From: Octopus bimaculoides
Lineage: Eukaryota
Length of the DNA stretch: 64,000 bases
Direction of reading: 5' to 3'
NCBI RefSeq assembly: GCF_001194135.2
Contig: NC_068982.1
Coordinates: 177,017,102-177,081,101, forward strand
Shown: positions 1 through 14,300 of the stretch, in pieces
How positions within the stretch are numbered: position 1 is the first letter of the stretch
Layout of the letters: each line of letters opens with the position of its first letter
Notes under the pieces: generated by a model
What the model was told of the DNA's origin: nothing
Seen by the model: only the letters and a program-made list of their open reading frames with translations
Databases searched by the model: none
Program-made: the position numbers and the translations under genes

Positions 1-599
1 CAACCCCAGTGAAATAATTTAATTCGGTTTCAGAAATATAACAATCAATAAGAAATATAACTTCTGAAGTATAACACACAATGGCGATCCTAGAGTGGGA
101 GAAAATTAATAATATAATGCGTTTTCTCTTGCGTTATAGATTTTCCCAATTTTCTGGCACTTTTTGCAATAATATTGCTTCTTATGTTGGCATAAGCCCT
201 TATACCGAAAGAAAGTAAGCAGTCGATTAAATCTTCAAAAGTGTCTACTCCATCAACTACGGGAAAGGAACAAACGGGGAAGTTTCTGCTTCATTGCACC
301 ATCTGTTGAAAACAGTCGCCAAATTTTTATCAATCTGCACCCACCCATCTTATGAAGAAACAGATTGTATTTTTCCTGTGTACCTTGTGCAGGGTAAAAC
401 CTGCATGATCATGTCTGGATTGTCTTTGATGATGTCTTTTCGTTCAAGGTTCCAGTGGAGTTATGCAACAAACACAGCAATCAGGAATATTGAAAAACAT
501 CTGTTGATAGCAGAGCGAATTGAACTCGCAAAGAAAATTATCGTTAGATATACGCAGAAAATATAGGAAATTTTAATCTTGAATTTGATTCACTAACAC

Positions 600-1400
600 T
601 TCTGGTCTTCTGGACAGGAAGAATGCAACTTAAAATATTGTAATTTTCTATGGTAGTAGTTAGAGTAATGATATCGCTCGATGCCCTATTGATCGAGTGA
701 TGTCATTTTTGAAGCTATAGTATTCACACAAACGAATGCTTTATGGAGTCGTATCCAATCAATATTTCCAAATGTGATGATCGTAGAAGCAGAGATAGAG
801 ATAATTTCCGGGTAAGCTAGCTTACACTTTATTTTTTTATTTATTTATTCAATAGTCTTTTACGCAGTTACCCTTTACAATGATATAATACTATATAATT
901 TCCTTCTATTTCAATATTTATATATACACCACCTCTTGAGTATACTGATATCTAATTATTTTGTTTTCTTGTATATGCACTTAGTACTGGACTAAATTCG
1001 GAAATGTTCTCTCTAGCCTAAGGATAGTACTGGAGGTAGTATATTTATGATATATATTATGGTGATGTTAATATCTTTTTTGCTGATGACAACTGATGTC
1101 AGCTCTAGGCTGAACTGTTCGAGATCGTGAACGTCTTTATTCACAAATCAGTTTGAACTTGATACTCCCTCTTTCTGATACCGTTTGCTTGTATATCGCA
1201 TTGCGTATTTCGTTATGAAGAATTGTGTTCATGACATCCTAACCTGCAAACCTACTCCAGAATATTATTAGTATCTTTCATGCATACAAAAACCATTCTT
1301 TATCTTGTCGCTGCATTCTCTGTCACATTATACCCACTCGGTCATTATCTTATCCAAGCAACAATCCCAATATGGGAGAGACATGTATGAATGTTACGTT
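600..1400 (-). mobile_element. Possible highly decayed LINE ORF2 (APE endonuclease region)
   Basis: Minus-strand translation gives patches such as SLELTSVVISKKDINITIIYI that resemble APE-domain strands; there are many stops. Weak pattern match only. Confidence 0.25.
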
Positions 1401-1504
1401 GATGACTGTAGTTATATGAAAGTTACGCTGATGGATATAATTATGGTTTTGATAAATTATTGATGTCAATTTTTTTGCATAACGTCAGCAATTTCAGAGA
1501 AGGC

Positions 1505-1675
1505 AATAAATCGATTACATCGAGCCCAGTACTCAATTGGTACTTATTTTATTCACTCTGAAAGAATGGAAGGTAAAGTCGACCTCGGCGGAATTTTAAC
1601 TCAGATCATGAAAACAGACGGAATACCGCTAAGTATTTCAACCAGCGTGCTAACGATTCTGCCAGATCGTGACTT
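1505..1675 (-). mobile_element. tRNA-derived SINE, family A (CORE-like)
   Basis: Contains tcgattacatcgagcccagtactcaattggtacttatttt...gtcgacctcggcggaattttaactcag, the reverse complement of a B-box plus core, shared with at least 5 other copies in the window. Confidence 0.8.
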
Positions 1676-2439
1676 AGTTTCGATAAACGATTAGAAACAG
1701 TTAACCATCCTCAAAATATGCCGCTCTATATATTCCACAACACCAATGCGCATAACTCAACATTCTTTCACTCTTTTGTATGAAAATGTAAGGATTGGAA
1801 AAATACTGAAAGAAAATGCAACAACCATTCTCGTGATGAGGCATGCAAAATTACCTTTATCAAAACATGTCTGCCTGCTTTCTTACATAAACACATGTTG
1901 GATGTGACTTCTACTGTCATATATTTCTCAACAGATGGTAACAGTGTTTACTCTTCCCTAACGTCAAATATACATATGCCACCTGAAAGTCAATTAGTCA
2001 CCTGAAGACATATCACTTCCATTTGTACAAGCTTTAAACATACATAAAGGAAAAGAGAAGAAAGAGACTTATACTTTTTGGCAATACAGATACAGAAATG
2101 GTTTAATTTTTATAAATGAGGTACGAAACAAAACTAAGCAAACTTTAAATATGGAAAGAATGATAATGCTTGATGATCTGACAAGGTGATATTCAAGTTC
2201 GTAAACGTTCTTCCTAAATGGTAGACATCCTCTTTAGAATCAATAATTGCATATACACATATTTATGAAGGTATTTTATTTCTATAAACAAATATATTGA
2301 GTCAGAACCACTTCACCGCTGTTATATAACTATACATATGTGTATGTGTGTGCTTTTCTCTGTGTGTGTGTGTGTGAATGTATATATATATATATACATA
2401 CATACAACAATGCATACATACATACATACATACATATCC

Positions 2440-3125
2440 ACTGACAAAAAAAGAAGTACATATCCACTCATAAAGTGAAAGATGTATTGGTGAATGTCCC
2501 AGTGAAAATTTCAATAACATGTAAACACAATCGACCTGCCAGTGTCATTTACGGCTGAGAAGAGAAACTATGTACGTTTGTGGAAATCAACTGCCTCGGG
2601 GATGCTAACATAAAGCTAAAGATCTGCGAAAAAGAAAATACTTACACTCAACTATCGAGGAATTGATATTTACTCTATCCGAATTACAAATTCAGGTTTA
2701 TATCTGTATTTATTGGGGCACTGGGATGTGTAACACACTGCCAAATACCAATCTTGAGGAATTCGGCTTCTCAAAACCAAAAAGGATATAGCTAATTCGA
2801 AATCTGCAGATTCAAACCATCACTGGAACTGAAAAATCTGTAAAACTTTCCTGAAGTTTATCATTTAAGCATATAGGAACATATCTAACATGCATGAGAA
2901 TACATATACATCACAAAACATAAAATCTGCACACATACTTACATACATACATACATACATACATGCATGCACAAATATCCTGTTGATGTTGAAATTCCAA
3001 TGAATGAGCCTCGGATCTCGGTTGGGAATAGGTTCTCTATTGGCAAGAAATCTTCAAATAAAACTGAATAATGACATACATACATACATACATACATACA
3101 TACATACATACATACATACATACAC
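2440..3125 (+). mobile_element. 5'-truncated RLE-type non-LTR retrotransposon (R4/NeSL-like): RLE domain, 3' UTR and (CATA)n tail
   Basis: Degenerate translation HNRPASVIYG*REKLCTFVEINC..ANIKLKICEKENTY..LLYPNYKFRFISVFIGALG matches the RLE C-terminal pattern. (CATA)n lies at the 5' junction, internally and at the 3' end. Confidence 0.7.
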
Positions 3126-3927
3126 ATTTAATCAATGTTGAAAAGCTTTTTACTGTTCAAGGGAAGCATATTTTTAGTAGTAACTTGCTGGTCATATACC
3201 GGAGACAGTTTCGGGTCTCCACATACTCAAATCTCGCATCGCATGAATAAATAGTGCCATTGGGTTCAATGGCAAAGTTTTGCTTAACACCTTATAAACC
3301 AGCCGCCCGACCTTCTTTGTTTAATTTCTGAATTTCTGACTTTTTTTACTGCTTCTGCGTCAATACTTTTGTAATAACACACTGCAGAAGAAATAAAACA
3401 AATATTACTACAAGTATAAAAATGATATGATGTCTATCAGGAAGTTATAACTGAATAAATATTTTTCCTGTACATATAATTGAATTATTATTAATGATGT
3501 TATGAATGAACATGCGTATGAATGAACATACGTATGTGTGCTCATATAGACTGTTAAATGGTATTTTCCTTTGGGGTATATTCGGGAATAATATTTGTGT
3601 GTGTAGAGGAACCCTATGGAATGATACCTCTCAATGTAAGATCTGAAATTGAACGAAATCTCTAAATATCTCCAGGTAAGTAACAGAGAGCATGAATACA
3701 CAAAGTAACCTCAAAGACGATCAAAAAGCATAATCTTGAATGCGACGGAAAACAAATGTAAGCATAGAGCTTTAAATATAAGGAAAGGAGAGAGGGAGTG
3801 AGAGACAGAGAGAGTGTGTGTAAAATAGATATACGAACCGGTTTATAGTAAATAGGTTATTAAATCGTATACACTTATATATAGAAATAGACTAGCCTAC
3901 GTTTCAAGAAACAGACACATACATACA

Positions 3928-3961
<34 letters not shown>

Positions 3962-4046
3962 CACACATACATACACACGTGCATGCATGCATGCAAGCAT
4001 ACGTGCTCACTCATATAGTCATGCAATAAGCTATTAGGGAGAGCTA

Positions 4047-5345
4047 TTAGGTCGTCAGGTATGAAATTTGTAGAAACGAAAAAAAAACGTTTGCTAATGT
4101 TTTATAAATACAAGGAATAGTGTTATGCATCAAAGTATACACCCATATTGTCAATACACTTTTGCCATTTCATCGGTAGCTTGTCAAGTATGTAACTTTA
4201 AATGCCTGGAAATCTAGAGTCAATAAAATTTTGGAAGGGCTGTTTTACAGCATCGTCGGAATTAAAAAACATTTCTATCAAAAGGTTATCCAAATTCTGG
4301 AAGAAGAGGTAATCAGTAGGGGCAAGATCAAGTGAGTATGGTGGATGATGGAAAACTTTCAATTCTAACTCCAGTAGTTTCGCCAATGTTATTTTTGTGA
4401 TGTGTGGTCTGGCATTGTCTTGCAATAAAATAGGAGTGGATCTGTTGACTAATCTAGGATGTTTTTTCTTTGTTTTTTTGTAAGTTTCTGCATCATTTAT
4501 TCCAGTTGGTTGCAGTATACTTCGGCCGTGATTGATGGCCCAGGTTTAATGAAATCATAATGGTTCACACTAGCGCCAGACCAGCAAACACAAAATCAGC
4601 TTCTTTTCATGAATTTTGCTTTTTGGATTGTGTTTTAGTGTCTCGTCTTTGTTCAGCCATTGTTGTGAACGTTTACGGTTGTTGTATTGGATCCATTTCT
4701 CATCACGTTACAATTTGATTCAAAAATGATTCATTTTTGTGACGTGAAAGTAGCATAATGCAGGCTTCCAAACGTTCCTGTTTCTCATTTTCAATCAGTT
4801 CATGTGGAACCCACTTATCCAAAATTTTCACTTTACCGATTTGAACTAGTTGAGTCAATGTTGCTTGCTTGCTAATACCAAACAACAACGGTAATTCACG
4901 GGCACTTTGAGATGGATCTGACTCGACGGTAGCTTTCACTTCGTCATTATCCACTTTTGTTTCTGGTCGACCGCGTTGCTCATTTGTGAGGGAAAAGTTA
5001 CCAGAATGAAATTTTGCAAACCAATTTGATACTCTCTGTTGTGTAATAACATTAGAATGAAATATTCCATTAATATTCCGAGCTTTCTGTGATACTGTAT
5101 TTCCAAGAAAGAACTCATATTTCAAAACTGTACGAATTTCCGACTTATTTCCGACTCTAAACAAAGACAACAAAAAACGATTTATAAATACTTTATAAAG
5201 TGCAAAATGAGATAGAATAAAGAAATAGATGTGTCAGCTTTCTAACAAAAAATAAATATTGTCAAAATATAATAATGGATGCAAAATGAGCAGCTGTCAA
5301 AGTTTACCATATACCTTACTACAAATTGCATACTCGACGACCTAA
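4047..5345 (-). mobile_element. Full-length mariner transposon (about 1.3 kb) with a disrupted transposase
   Basis: 27-bp TIRs ttaggtcgtcaggtatgaaatttgtag (4047) and ctacaaattgcatactcgacgacctaa (to 5345) match at 24/27, with TA on the left and CA on the right. ORFs 4703-5173 (HTH, GRP, WVPHEL) and 4198-4425 (QDNARPH, YSLDLAPTDY). Confidence 0.95.
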
Positions 5346-8300
5346 CAGTTGTTTTCCAATAAAGAATAATTAAAATCACTCGCATCCTTCAAGCCTTATT
5401 AATTGACAGCTCAGTAAAGATACCTCAAACCCGCCAAAATTCTCGATTTGAGTTCCCAGGAATATACCCTCGACACACACACACATACACATAAACGAAC
5501 ATATATGTATTGATAATATTGCTGTTGTTGTTGCTGTTGCTGCTGTTATGTGTAGCATTTTTTTAAATTGATGTATTCTTCTGTCCTCATTAATTAGAAG
5601 ATAGTAATTCTAATTGTATTTCTAAGTCTTATTAGAAGAACGTTTCAAATAAAAGTGCGATGCAATTTACTAGTGACACAATAACATCAATTCTTATATG
5701 GCATTTAAATACTCAATCATCATTTTTGTTCTTATTTGTAGCATTTATTAGTCGAGTGTCGAAGAAAATATAAGTTTCAGCTGACTACATATATATTTTG
5801 GGTTTCATTCTGATGGAGATTTATTTACGTTTATATTTTTTGATTCTGTAAAATATATTTTAATTCATTAATTGCATCATCTTCGAAATGCTACGATCCT
5901 TACGGAACTTAGAATTATATATTATCATTTTAGCATTCTTTACTTTGTAGCTGCTGCTATTTCTACGGTATATAAATCAATTCTGAAAGGTTGTAGATTG
6001 ATGTTTGTGAACTAAGAAAATAAACCCGGCTTATTTTTCATATTACAGCGACTTTTGATATCCAATACATCAGCATTATTAGTTTTCTTTTAGCAAGCTC
6101 CATTAAAACAATTTCTTCAATATAATAATTTTGGGAATGATCAATGTTTCACTTACGTAAGCATTATAAAATGATTCAAATATTTGGAATCATCTTATTA
6201 ATTAATTGGTTTGTCTATTCTTTGCATCTAATATATATACCTAGTGAACTATCGTTATATTTGTGTAACAGTTAGCTTTACTTTACGTGATAATTTTATC
6301 TAGTGCGCAGTCTATAATAAAATGTCATTTGTGTTAACGTGAATGTTTCACTCAATGTAAATGATTGGCTCTTCATAGGACGAAGTGATTGCCTTATTGT
6401 TAGTTGATTAGTGATGTTTTTCCTTTCGGTGCAAATCATATTACTTAGTTCATTATAAACTGATATGCAAATTTTGAATACAGAAATTCTGTGCTAAATT
6501 GTCTCAGCATGTTGGCTGCAGTGTCTTGAACTGCTCATGATGATCACGTTTGGCTTTCTTTTGATATGAAGCATTTGCTTTTTCCAAGTAAATTTTACTC
6601 AATAACACGCTTTAAGTATTGTCTCACTTATATCGGTTTCTTTTGCCTACCTTTTCTAATGAACATCTTCACTGTTTTGAGCGACTTCCCACAATAAAAC
6701 CTAAATAAAATCTACCTTTACAGATTTGCCTGTCACATCTAACATGTCTAATGCCTAGCTAGCTTGTTATACTAAGTTTTACATTATGATTTTCAAGACG
6801 GTTGTCCCTTAGGATACGCTAGTTGTTGGTGATTTCGTGCTGGCAAGTAAAGACACCACTTTTTTATTGAATTGATCTGTAAAAGCTAGCCTCATGTTCA
6901 ACAGCGCGTCTTCAAAATTTCCTATACAGTATTTCTTGTTACAACTTCTTACCTTAACAAAGCTCTTGATTATGTTTTCAAAAATAATTGTAAATATTTA
7001 CCAGAAGATTAATCATTTCCTTGGGATTATTTTAAAACATTTCATGTTGATATGGAATTCGGAGCTGTGCATAGGTTTGTTGTAGTGGAAAAACATTGCT
7101 ACTATTTGTTGGATTGTTATAATGTGAGAATATTATATTACTTAGGCATCGTAATTCAGTACCATATTTCCTAACTTTATTTTGTATATAATTTACGTGT
7201 AGCATGTCCTCTACTTTCTCTTCCACCGATATCTACTTTTCATTGTTCTAAAGTTCCGCAGCACTTCAAAACTTTTGTTATCATTGATTATATCGACAAC
7301 GAACGAAACACTTTAAATTAGTCAGCATGTCTTCAAATGTTTCTTGTAAAATTTCTAATGAGAATTAATGCGTCTTTACATGTTTTTATGCTTCCTTACT
7401 TCTATGTGAATTATAGTTGTGACTAGCCTTGGTAGAAATGGATTAGATTACTTCTAGGTGCTGTTATTCATTTCACATTCCAAAACATAAGTTCGGTTGT
7501 CATCTTCATGGTTGTGCACCACCACCTCTTATATTAGCCCAATACTCGCGAAGTTATTTCTGCTTGTACAATATAGTTCTAGATTTCTATCTTTAAATGT
7601 TTTTAAAAATTGCAATTAGTAGGATTTTAAAGCCATTATCAACATTTGTATTGAATCGTACCACAAATATTTTTTTTAAATATATACAAATTTTTTCCCA
7701 CTTCATAGCCGCAAAACGTCTAGCTTCTAGCTAAATATCTGCTTAGTGTAGGTTTGACAATTGGTGAGTTGGACTATGTTCTGCAGATCTGTGAAATTGG
7801 TGGATTGCTGTACATAACCTTAATATCGGATAAGACAGAGTGAGAGAAACAAAGAAGCAGAGAAACAGAAAATATTGTCTAGATTTAAGTATGTGTTTGT
7901 TCAGTTTTCGATTATTTTTGTTGTTTTTCAATCCTATCTATGAGAACGTTCTTCTGCATTTTACATGCAATGCGACTTACTATCTCCACATTTCAAACTG
8001 TTTTACGCAACAAGAAAGTGTAGAGCAATGACTAAAATTGCTTGATGAAAATTATTGTGTTTATGCTTTGCGTTCAATGTTTGTTCACGTCACTTCGTAT
8101 TCACTGCAGCCACTCTAACTGAACATATAAGTTTGAGTGTATGCTTGAGCTTATTTAAAACGTTGTACTCCTCTCCTCCATGCATCAAGCTTGCTGTCAA
8201 TGCATATAGCCATTATTTTCGGACTGGTATATGTCCACAAATAAACATGTGTATTAAAATAGCAATTATTATTTATGCTGCTTTTACGGCACAGTTAATT

Positions 8301-9061
8301 TTATTATGTGGCAAAACAATAAAACAGCTTCTACTAAGAGCGTTATTTATTGTGAAACTTAAATGTGAATTTGATATAAAGTAGGTTTCTTTTTTTATAT
8401 AACATTAACTTCTTTTGGAGAATATACGCGCTTTTAAATTTTACTAACTTTCAAAACGATAACTTTTGTTAATGGAAACTTTTTCCGCATTGTAATTATT
8501 GCTGCTGACGTTAATATGAAACTGATGTATATCAATATATATATACATATACCGTAGAAGGATCAGCCGAGTGATCGTGATGAGACTTAGTATATGAGTC
8601 CATAGCATAAACACGGCTTGAATATATAACACAGGTGACTCAGTAGTTTATCAATGAAATTTATTAATCAATGCATTAAATACAGTTCGTCCCATATCGA
8701 TATTACACAGAAAATTCCGATAACGGGCGCTATACAATTCCATTTCGGAAGCAACACACGTTGCGATAATCAAATCTCTAAATAATACGATAATCAGATC
8801 TCTGAAGAAATGAGATGGAAGTGGCCGTTTAGTACCACAGTAGATTCCCAAAGAATTGCTGGGTTAATCATACAGCAAGGCTCGTAAACAGTGATTAAAG
8901 TTCTTTACCGACCTCAATCTTCACTCGGCAGATTATTATCAAATAAAATGTCATATGTATCTGAGTAGAAAATACATCGTATGGGCACTCGAAATTTTAC
9001 TTTACCTACAACCGATATGCTTTTTGAAATAAGTGTAGTACGATCTTTTCCATCCCTTTTA

Positions 9062-9118
<57 letters not shown>

Positions 9119-12100
9119 CACACACAGACACACAGACAGACACACACACGCAAACACNNNNNNNNNNNNNNNNNNNNNNNNNNNNNNNNNNNNNNNNNNN
9201 NNNNNNNNNNNNNNNNNNNNNNNNNNNNNNNNNNNNNNNNNNNNNNNNNNNNNNNNNNNNNNNNNNNNNNNNNNNNNNNNNNNNNNNNNNNNNNNNNNNN
9301 NNNNNNNNNNNNNNNNNNNNNNNNNNNNNNNNNNNNNNNNNNNNNNNNNNNNNNNNNNNNNNNNNNNNNNNNNNNNNNNNNNNNNNNNNNNNNNNNNNNN
9401 NNNNNNNNNNNNNNNNNNNNNNNNNNNNNNNNNNNNNNNNNNNNNNNNNNNNNNNNNNNNNNNNNNNNNNNNNNNNNNNNNNNNNNNNNNNNNNNNNNNN
9501 NNNNNNNNNNNNNNNNNNNNNNNNNNNNNNNNNNNNNNNNNNNNNNNNNNNNNNNNNNNNNNNNNNNNNNNNNNNNNNNNNNNNNNNNNNNNNNNNNNNN
9601 NNNNNNNNNNNNNNNNNNNNNNNNNNNNNNNNNNNNNNNNNNNNNNNNNNNNNNNNNNNNNNNNNNNNNNNNNNNNNNNNNNNNNNNNNNNNNNNNNNNN
9701 NNNNNNNNNNNNNNNNNNNNNNNNNNNNNNNNNNNNNNNNNNNNNNNNNNNNNNNNNNNNNNNNNNNNNNNNNNNNNNNNNNNNNNNNNNNNNNNNNNNN
9801 NNNNNNNNNNNNNNNNNNNNNNNNNNNNNNNNNATATATATATATATATATATATAATAAATTTAGGTGATAATCAGTTACATGAGGATTTTAAGTACTT
9901 TGCATATAATATAAGCTATATAATATAGCAAATTAGAGTGCTACATGTAGTTAGTATAGTAGCCTATGAATATTCATGCCTAATTAGTCTAGCTTCATCA
10001 TGGTCTTAGTAATTAATCTTGTTATCCCTTTCTATAGTGTTCCACCATCCTGATCATATTATTTATCTATTTCAAAGTGAATATCCTGCTAAAATAACAT
10101 TCACTGTGACACGCAAGGAAAACAGCCAAACATGGACAATACCATGAAATTCCTTGTTTAAAACTTAAAGTTATGAAAGTAACGAAGAAAAACCGGAAAT
10201 TGCAGAAAGGGGATTTATAATAATGAAGAACCTGCTGAATCAGCTTAAGTATAGATGAATAGGATTATTAAAAGAAATAAAAACAATATCCAGAAAAATT
10301 GAATCCCAAAGTGAAACTATAAAATACTTGTAAACAAGACGTCTCGAATGATAGCTACTACCATTTGTAATATCAAAACGCTTGTCTACTTAGATTCATA
10401 ACACCGACGAATCTGTCATCCTTGACGAAAGGCACTTTGTAAAATCGGAAAAAGAATGAAATCTTTAAACAAAATATTACCCATTATTTTTAGCCGGAAT
10501 ATTTTGTGTTATTTTAAAGCAGAATACTATACGTGTCAATTGTTTAATAATTATACAAAATAAGAAGGTAATATATTGCTGTATTTCATTTACAAGCAAC
10601 GTGTTAATGAGGGAAAATGTTCTTTTTGCAATGAAAATAAGAAATACTGGACTACTTAATCGCATGTTTTTTTTGTTTTTTTTCCAAAAATATTTATCTT
10701 TCGTTATTAATAAAGCAGGTTCGATAATCAAAACGTCATCAGATTATAACTCAAATGTGGATAAATTTTTAAATTAGAACCTGACTTATAACTTGAAACA
10801 GCATTTGGAATATAAAACGAGGTAAAAAAAAATAGACTAATTAGTCAGTATACACAGAAGAGTTCAACAATTTTTCCTTAGACTATAAGTTATTGTTTGT
10901 TTTTGCTCTTTTATTTTTAAGCATGGCCTGTCACAAGAGGTTACAGAAAATATCTTACGACTTACAAATATTATTTTAAGATAGTCTGACATATCCCGCA
11001 GCACTAATATTGTGGCCAAATAAGATTTGATGTGGGGAAACATAATTATCATAACAACTAAAATTAAAGTGAAAAAATAATAGAAATCAAATAATGGAAA
11101 TCAAATAAATGCCCGCTATAAACAGCGTTTTATTGTATTAGCATAGCTCACCCATAGGTTATATTTATGGGTATGTGGAAAAGTAATTTACGTATAAATA
11201 AAATTGTATATGAATAAAAAACTTAGAATTAGTATATAGAATCAGTATAAAATTTATGAGCAAAGCTGTAGAATAAATACGATACAATGCAGAAAGTATG
11301 AGAATAAATGCATTACTCAGGAAGAAGACAATGTTTACAACTCAAGTGTTGACAGATACATGACTGGTCTCTCATAAAATTACGTTTCTTAAATAAGCAA
11401 TGAAAACACCGCATTTAAGCGGTTAACGGAAGCTAATAGCGCAGCAGTAATGCAGACTGTATATACACGTATACATATCACGGTGGGAAATATTTGAGAT
11501 ATCAACATCTTTCAGAAAACATTGTCGCTCAGAGAATATCCGGCAAGGTTAAAAATAATTAACATAGTCATTGTTGGGAAATCTTATATCGTTAATTTTG
11601 GAGTAAATTCCTGGAAACTTATTCCGAGACTCATGACATCTCATGGCTTGAACAAATAAATTACTTCAGCTTTCTACAGAAAATTCAGCAAGCGCAGCAA
11701 CAAAGGAATTTGTATGGATGTCCAACCTATTGTTTGCATTTGGAATCCATCACGAACATGCAGATGGGTAACGACGCAACAACATACTTTCATTTAACTG
11801 TCAAAGATATTACATTACAAAAACACATTTTTGTGGATGTCACTGCGTTACATTTAGATAAAATACGCAATTTAGCGGACCGGAATTTGTAATCATATGA
11901 AATGTTTTGATTTTTCTTCTTAACTTTCATATAGTGAGGTCTTCATCTATATTGAGGTAAGTTTATTTTTAGGAAAATATTCTTTCTGAACATTTATCAA
12001 AAATTAGAATAATTTATTACAAAGCAGCAGTCGTACTTACACTACCCTGCCACAAATATTAAAGAATCAGTAAGATATATTAAAAAAACAAAATAATAAA

Positions 12101-12353
12101 CATAGTACTTAATAGTACCACAGTGTAGAAATGTCACCTCTTTGCAATAAAATCCATCGGTGTCATGTTGATTTAATGTCTACTGCAGCGTTTTTCATCC
12201 GGGGCTCCCCGGGACCCTAGAGTTCGGCAAAAGCTTCCTAGGTTTCCGCGAGAAAGAATGAGAGAAGCTAATGCTAATTTCATGATCGTAATATTACTAT
12301 ACATGCACATACGTGTTATATATTTATGTGTGTTTGTGTGCATATACATACAT

Positions 12354-12413
<60 letters not shown>

Positions 12414-12812
12414 GTNNNNNNNNNNNNNNNNNNNNNNNNNNNNNNNNNNNNNNNNNNNNNNNNNNNNNNNNNNNNNNNNNNNNNNNNNNNNNNNNNNNNN
12501 NNNNNNNNNNNNNNNNNNNNNNNNNNNNNNNNNNNNNNNNNNNNNNNNNNNNNNNNNNNNNNNNNNNNNNNNNNNNNNNNNNNNNNNNNNNNNNNNNNNN
12601 NNNNNNNNNNNNNNNNNNNNNNNNNNNNNNNNNNNNNNNNNNNNNNNNNNNNNNNNNNNNNNNNNNNNNNNNNNNNNNNNNNNNNNNNNNNNNNNNNNNN
12701 NNNNNNNNNNNNNNNNNNNNNNNNNNNNNNNNNNNNNNNNNNNNNNNNNNNNNNNNNNNNNNNNNNNNNNNNNNNNNNNNNNNNNNNNNNNNNNNNNNNN
12801 NNNNNNNNNNNN

Positions 12813-12848
<36 letters not shown>

Positions 12849-13569
12849 AAAAGACAGAAAGATAGAAAGTAAGAAAATGAAATAAAAATCGACATGAATA
12901 TCTAATGACTCTGCAGTTCAACGAACTTAATGGTGACCAAGTAGATGCAACTAATTCGAAACAACTGTTTATTTTCTAGAGTTCCCTTATACTCCTCGAA
13001 AGAAATATAGGTGCTTTCTCATTTTAGAATAATTACAACTCTTGTTATGTTTTTATTAGTAAAAAAAAAGCCTACTGAGTTGTATTTCCTCATCTGACTG
13101 TAATAAAAGAAAGGTTCCTAATAGAGCATGGAAAGCTGTTGAACAAACGAAATATGTGACGTGTTCAAGAAAAATTCAGCTGATAATACGGAGAGAGTAT
13201 AATCTCGTTGAGCTACACGAATCTTTTTGTTCAAAAAGTTGAAAATATGTTTTCCATTCATGTATTGAAAGAAACAATAAATACTAATTTCGAATTACCG
13301 TGCATATTACCATGAATTTCAAGAAATGATATTTAGCTTGAATTAAAGATATTTACATATAGTGTAGTTGTACTAAAAACACGCAAAATCTTTTTTCGTC
13401 AACTGACGCAGGTCATATTTTGTTAGTGTATCACGTCTATAAGAATGTACAACTCTGCATAGACTCCAATACGAGCGTTGCATTTGCAAGGGTAGATTTC
13501 ATTGAACTGAACAGGTAAAAGCCACTAGATAGGGTTCAGCTGGCCCATTCAATTTGCTGATTTTTAAAA

Positions 13570-14300
13570 TTTATTTCCTAAGATGTCCTTGGTGTCGTAA
13601 TGTCATTGTGGCCACAATGAGTGTGAATCGTTTTCAGATTCTTACCTTCTCTAAAACTTTTGAGATTCTCAATGTATCAATTGCTCGCTGTTCCAGATAC
13701 AGCCACCTTCGTGAAAATCAAGAAGGATAACGTCCTTTCTAACCCTCAATAAACAATCACCTTGACTTTCTGTACGGATCACTAGCTCTTGAAATTCTTA
13801 GGACATGGAGACCTGGTATGTTTCCATTACTTTCACTGCGCCTTCTTTCCAGATCATAAGCATACATCCACATTTTACTCGCTGTCACCAGATCGAAAAA
13901 CATACCTCTATTGGTTTCAAACTGTTTCGGTATGTAAAAGCAGATTTCCACTGTATCAAGTTTTCAAAATTTTTCCCACACCAAACGTATCCCATCATTT
14001 TCTGTAAATCACAGTGATCACATTCAAGTCTTGTATCAAGCTCATATATTTTAACTCATCTGTTTATGGAATTCAAATCGTCCACCGATGGTTATTCATG
14101 ACGTTGGGTGCATTTCTTAGCATTCCGTTGTATGGCATTCCAACTTCGACGAAAGGATACTTTTCACTATACTTCTGCATTCCTTGTCAATGATACTATC
14201 AGTGTAAACAGTGTAATAGCCTTCTGTAGATATTGAAGAGACTGCACCGTTTTTTTTTAATGAGGCCTTGGTTGTTTAGCTTGGAATCCATTCCTTATCT
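13570..14300 (-). mobile_element. Decayed mariner transposase fragment
   Basis: Translated patches FFDLVTASKMWMYAYD (equivalent to LVTGDETW.Y.YD) and KDVILLDFHEGG, plus a LQYLQKA N-terminal helix-like patch; frameshifted. Confidence 0.65.

Noticed and set aside
294-566. 90-aa plus-strand ORF
   Set aside because: No recognisable domain; probably antisense to decayed LINE sequence.
3197-3272. Two short hairpins (ggagac/gtctcc and tgccattg/caatggca)
   Set aside because: 6-8 bp stems are expected by chance in 64 kb, and there is no CUGANGA partner for the GAAAC.
13418-13503. Short open frame VYHVYKNVQLCIDSNTSVAFARVDFIELN ending at AG|GTAAAA
   Set aside because: Weak acceptor, unrecognised peptide, and a length expected by chance.
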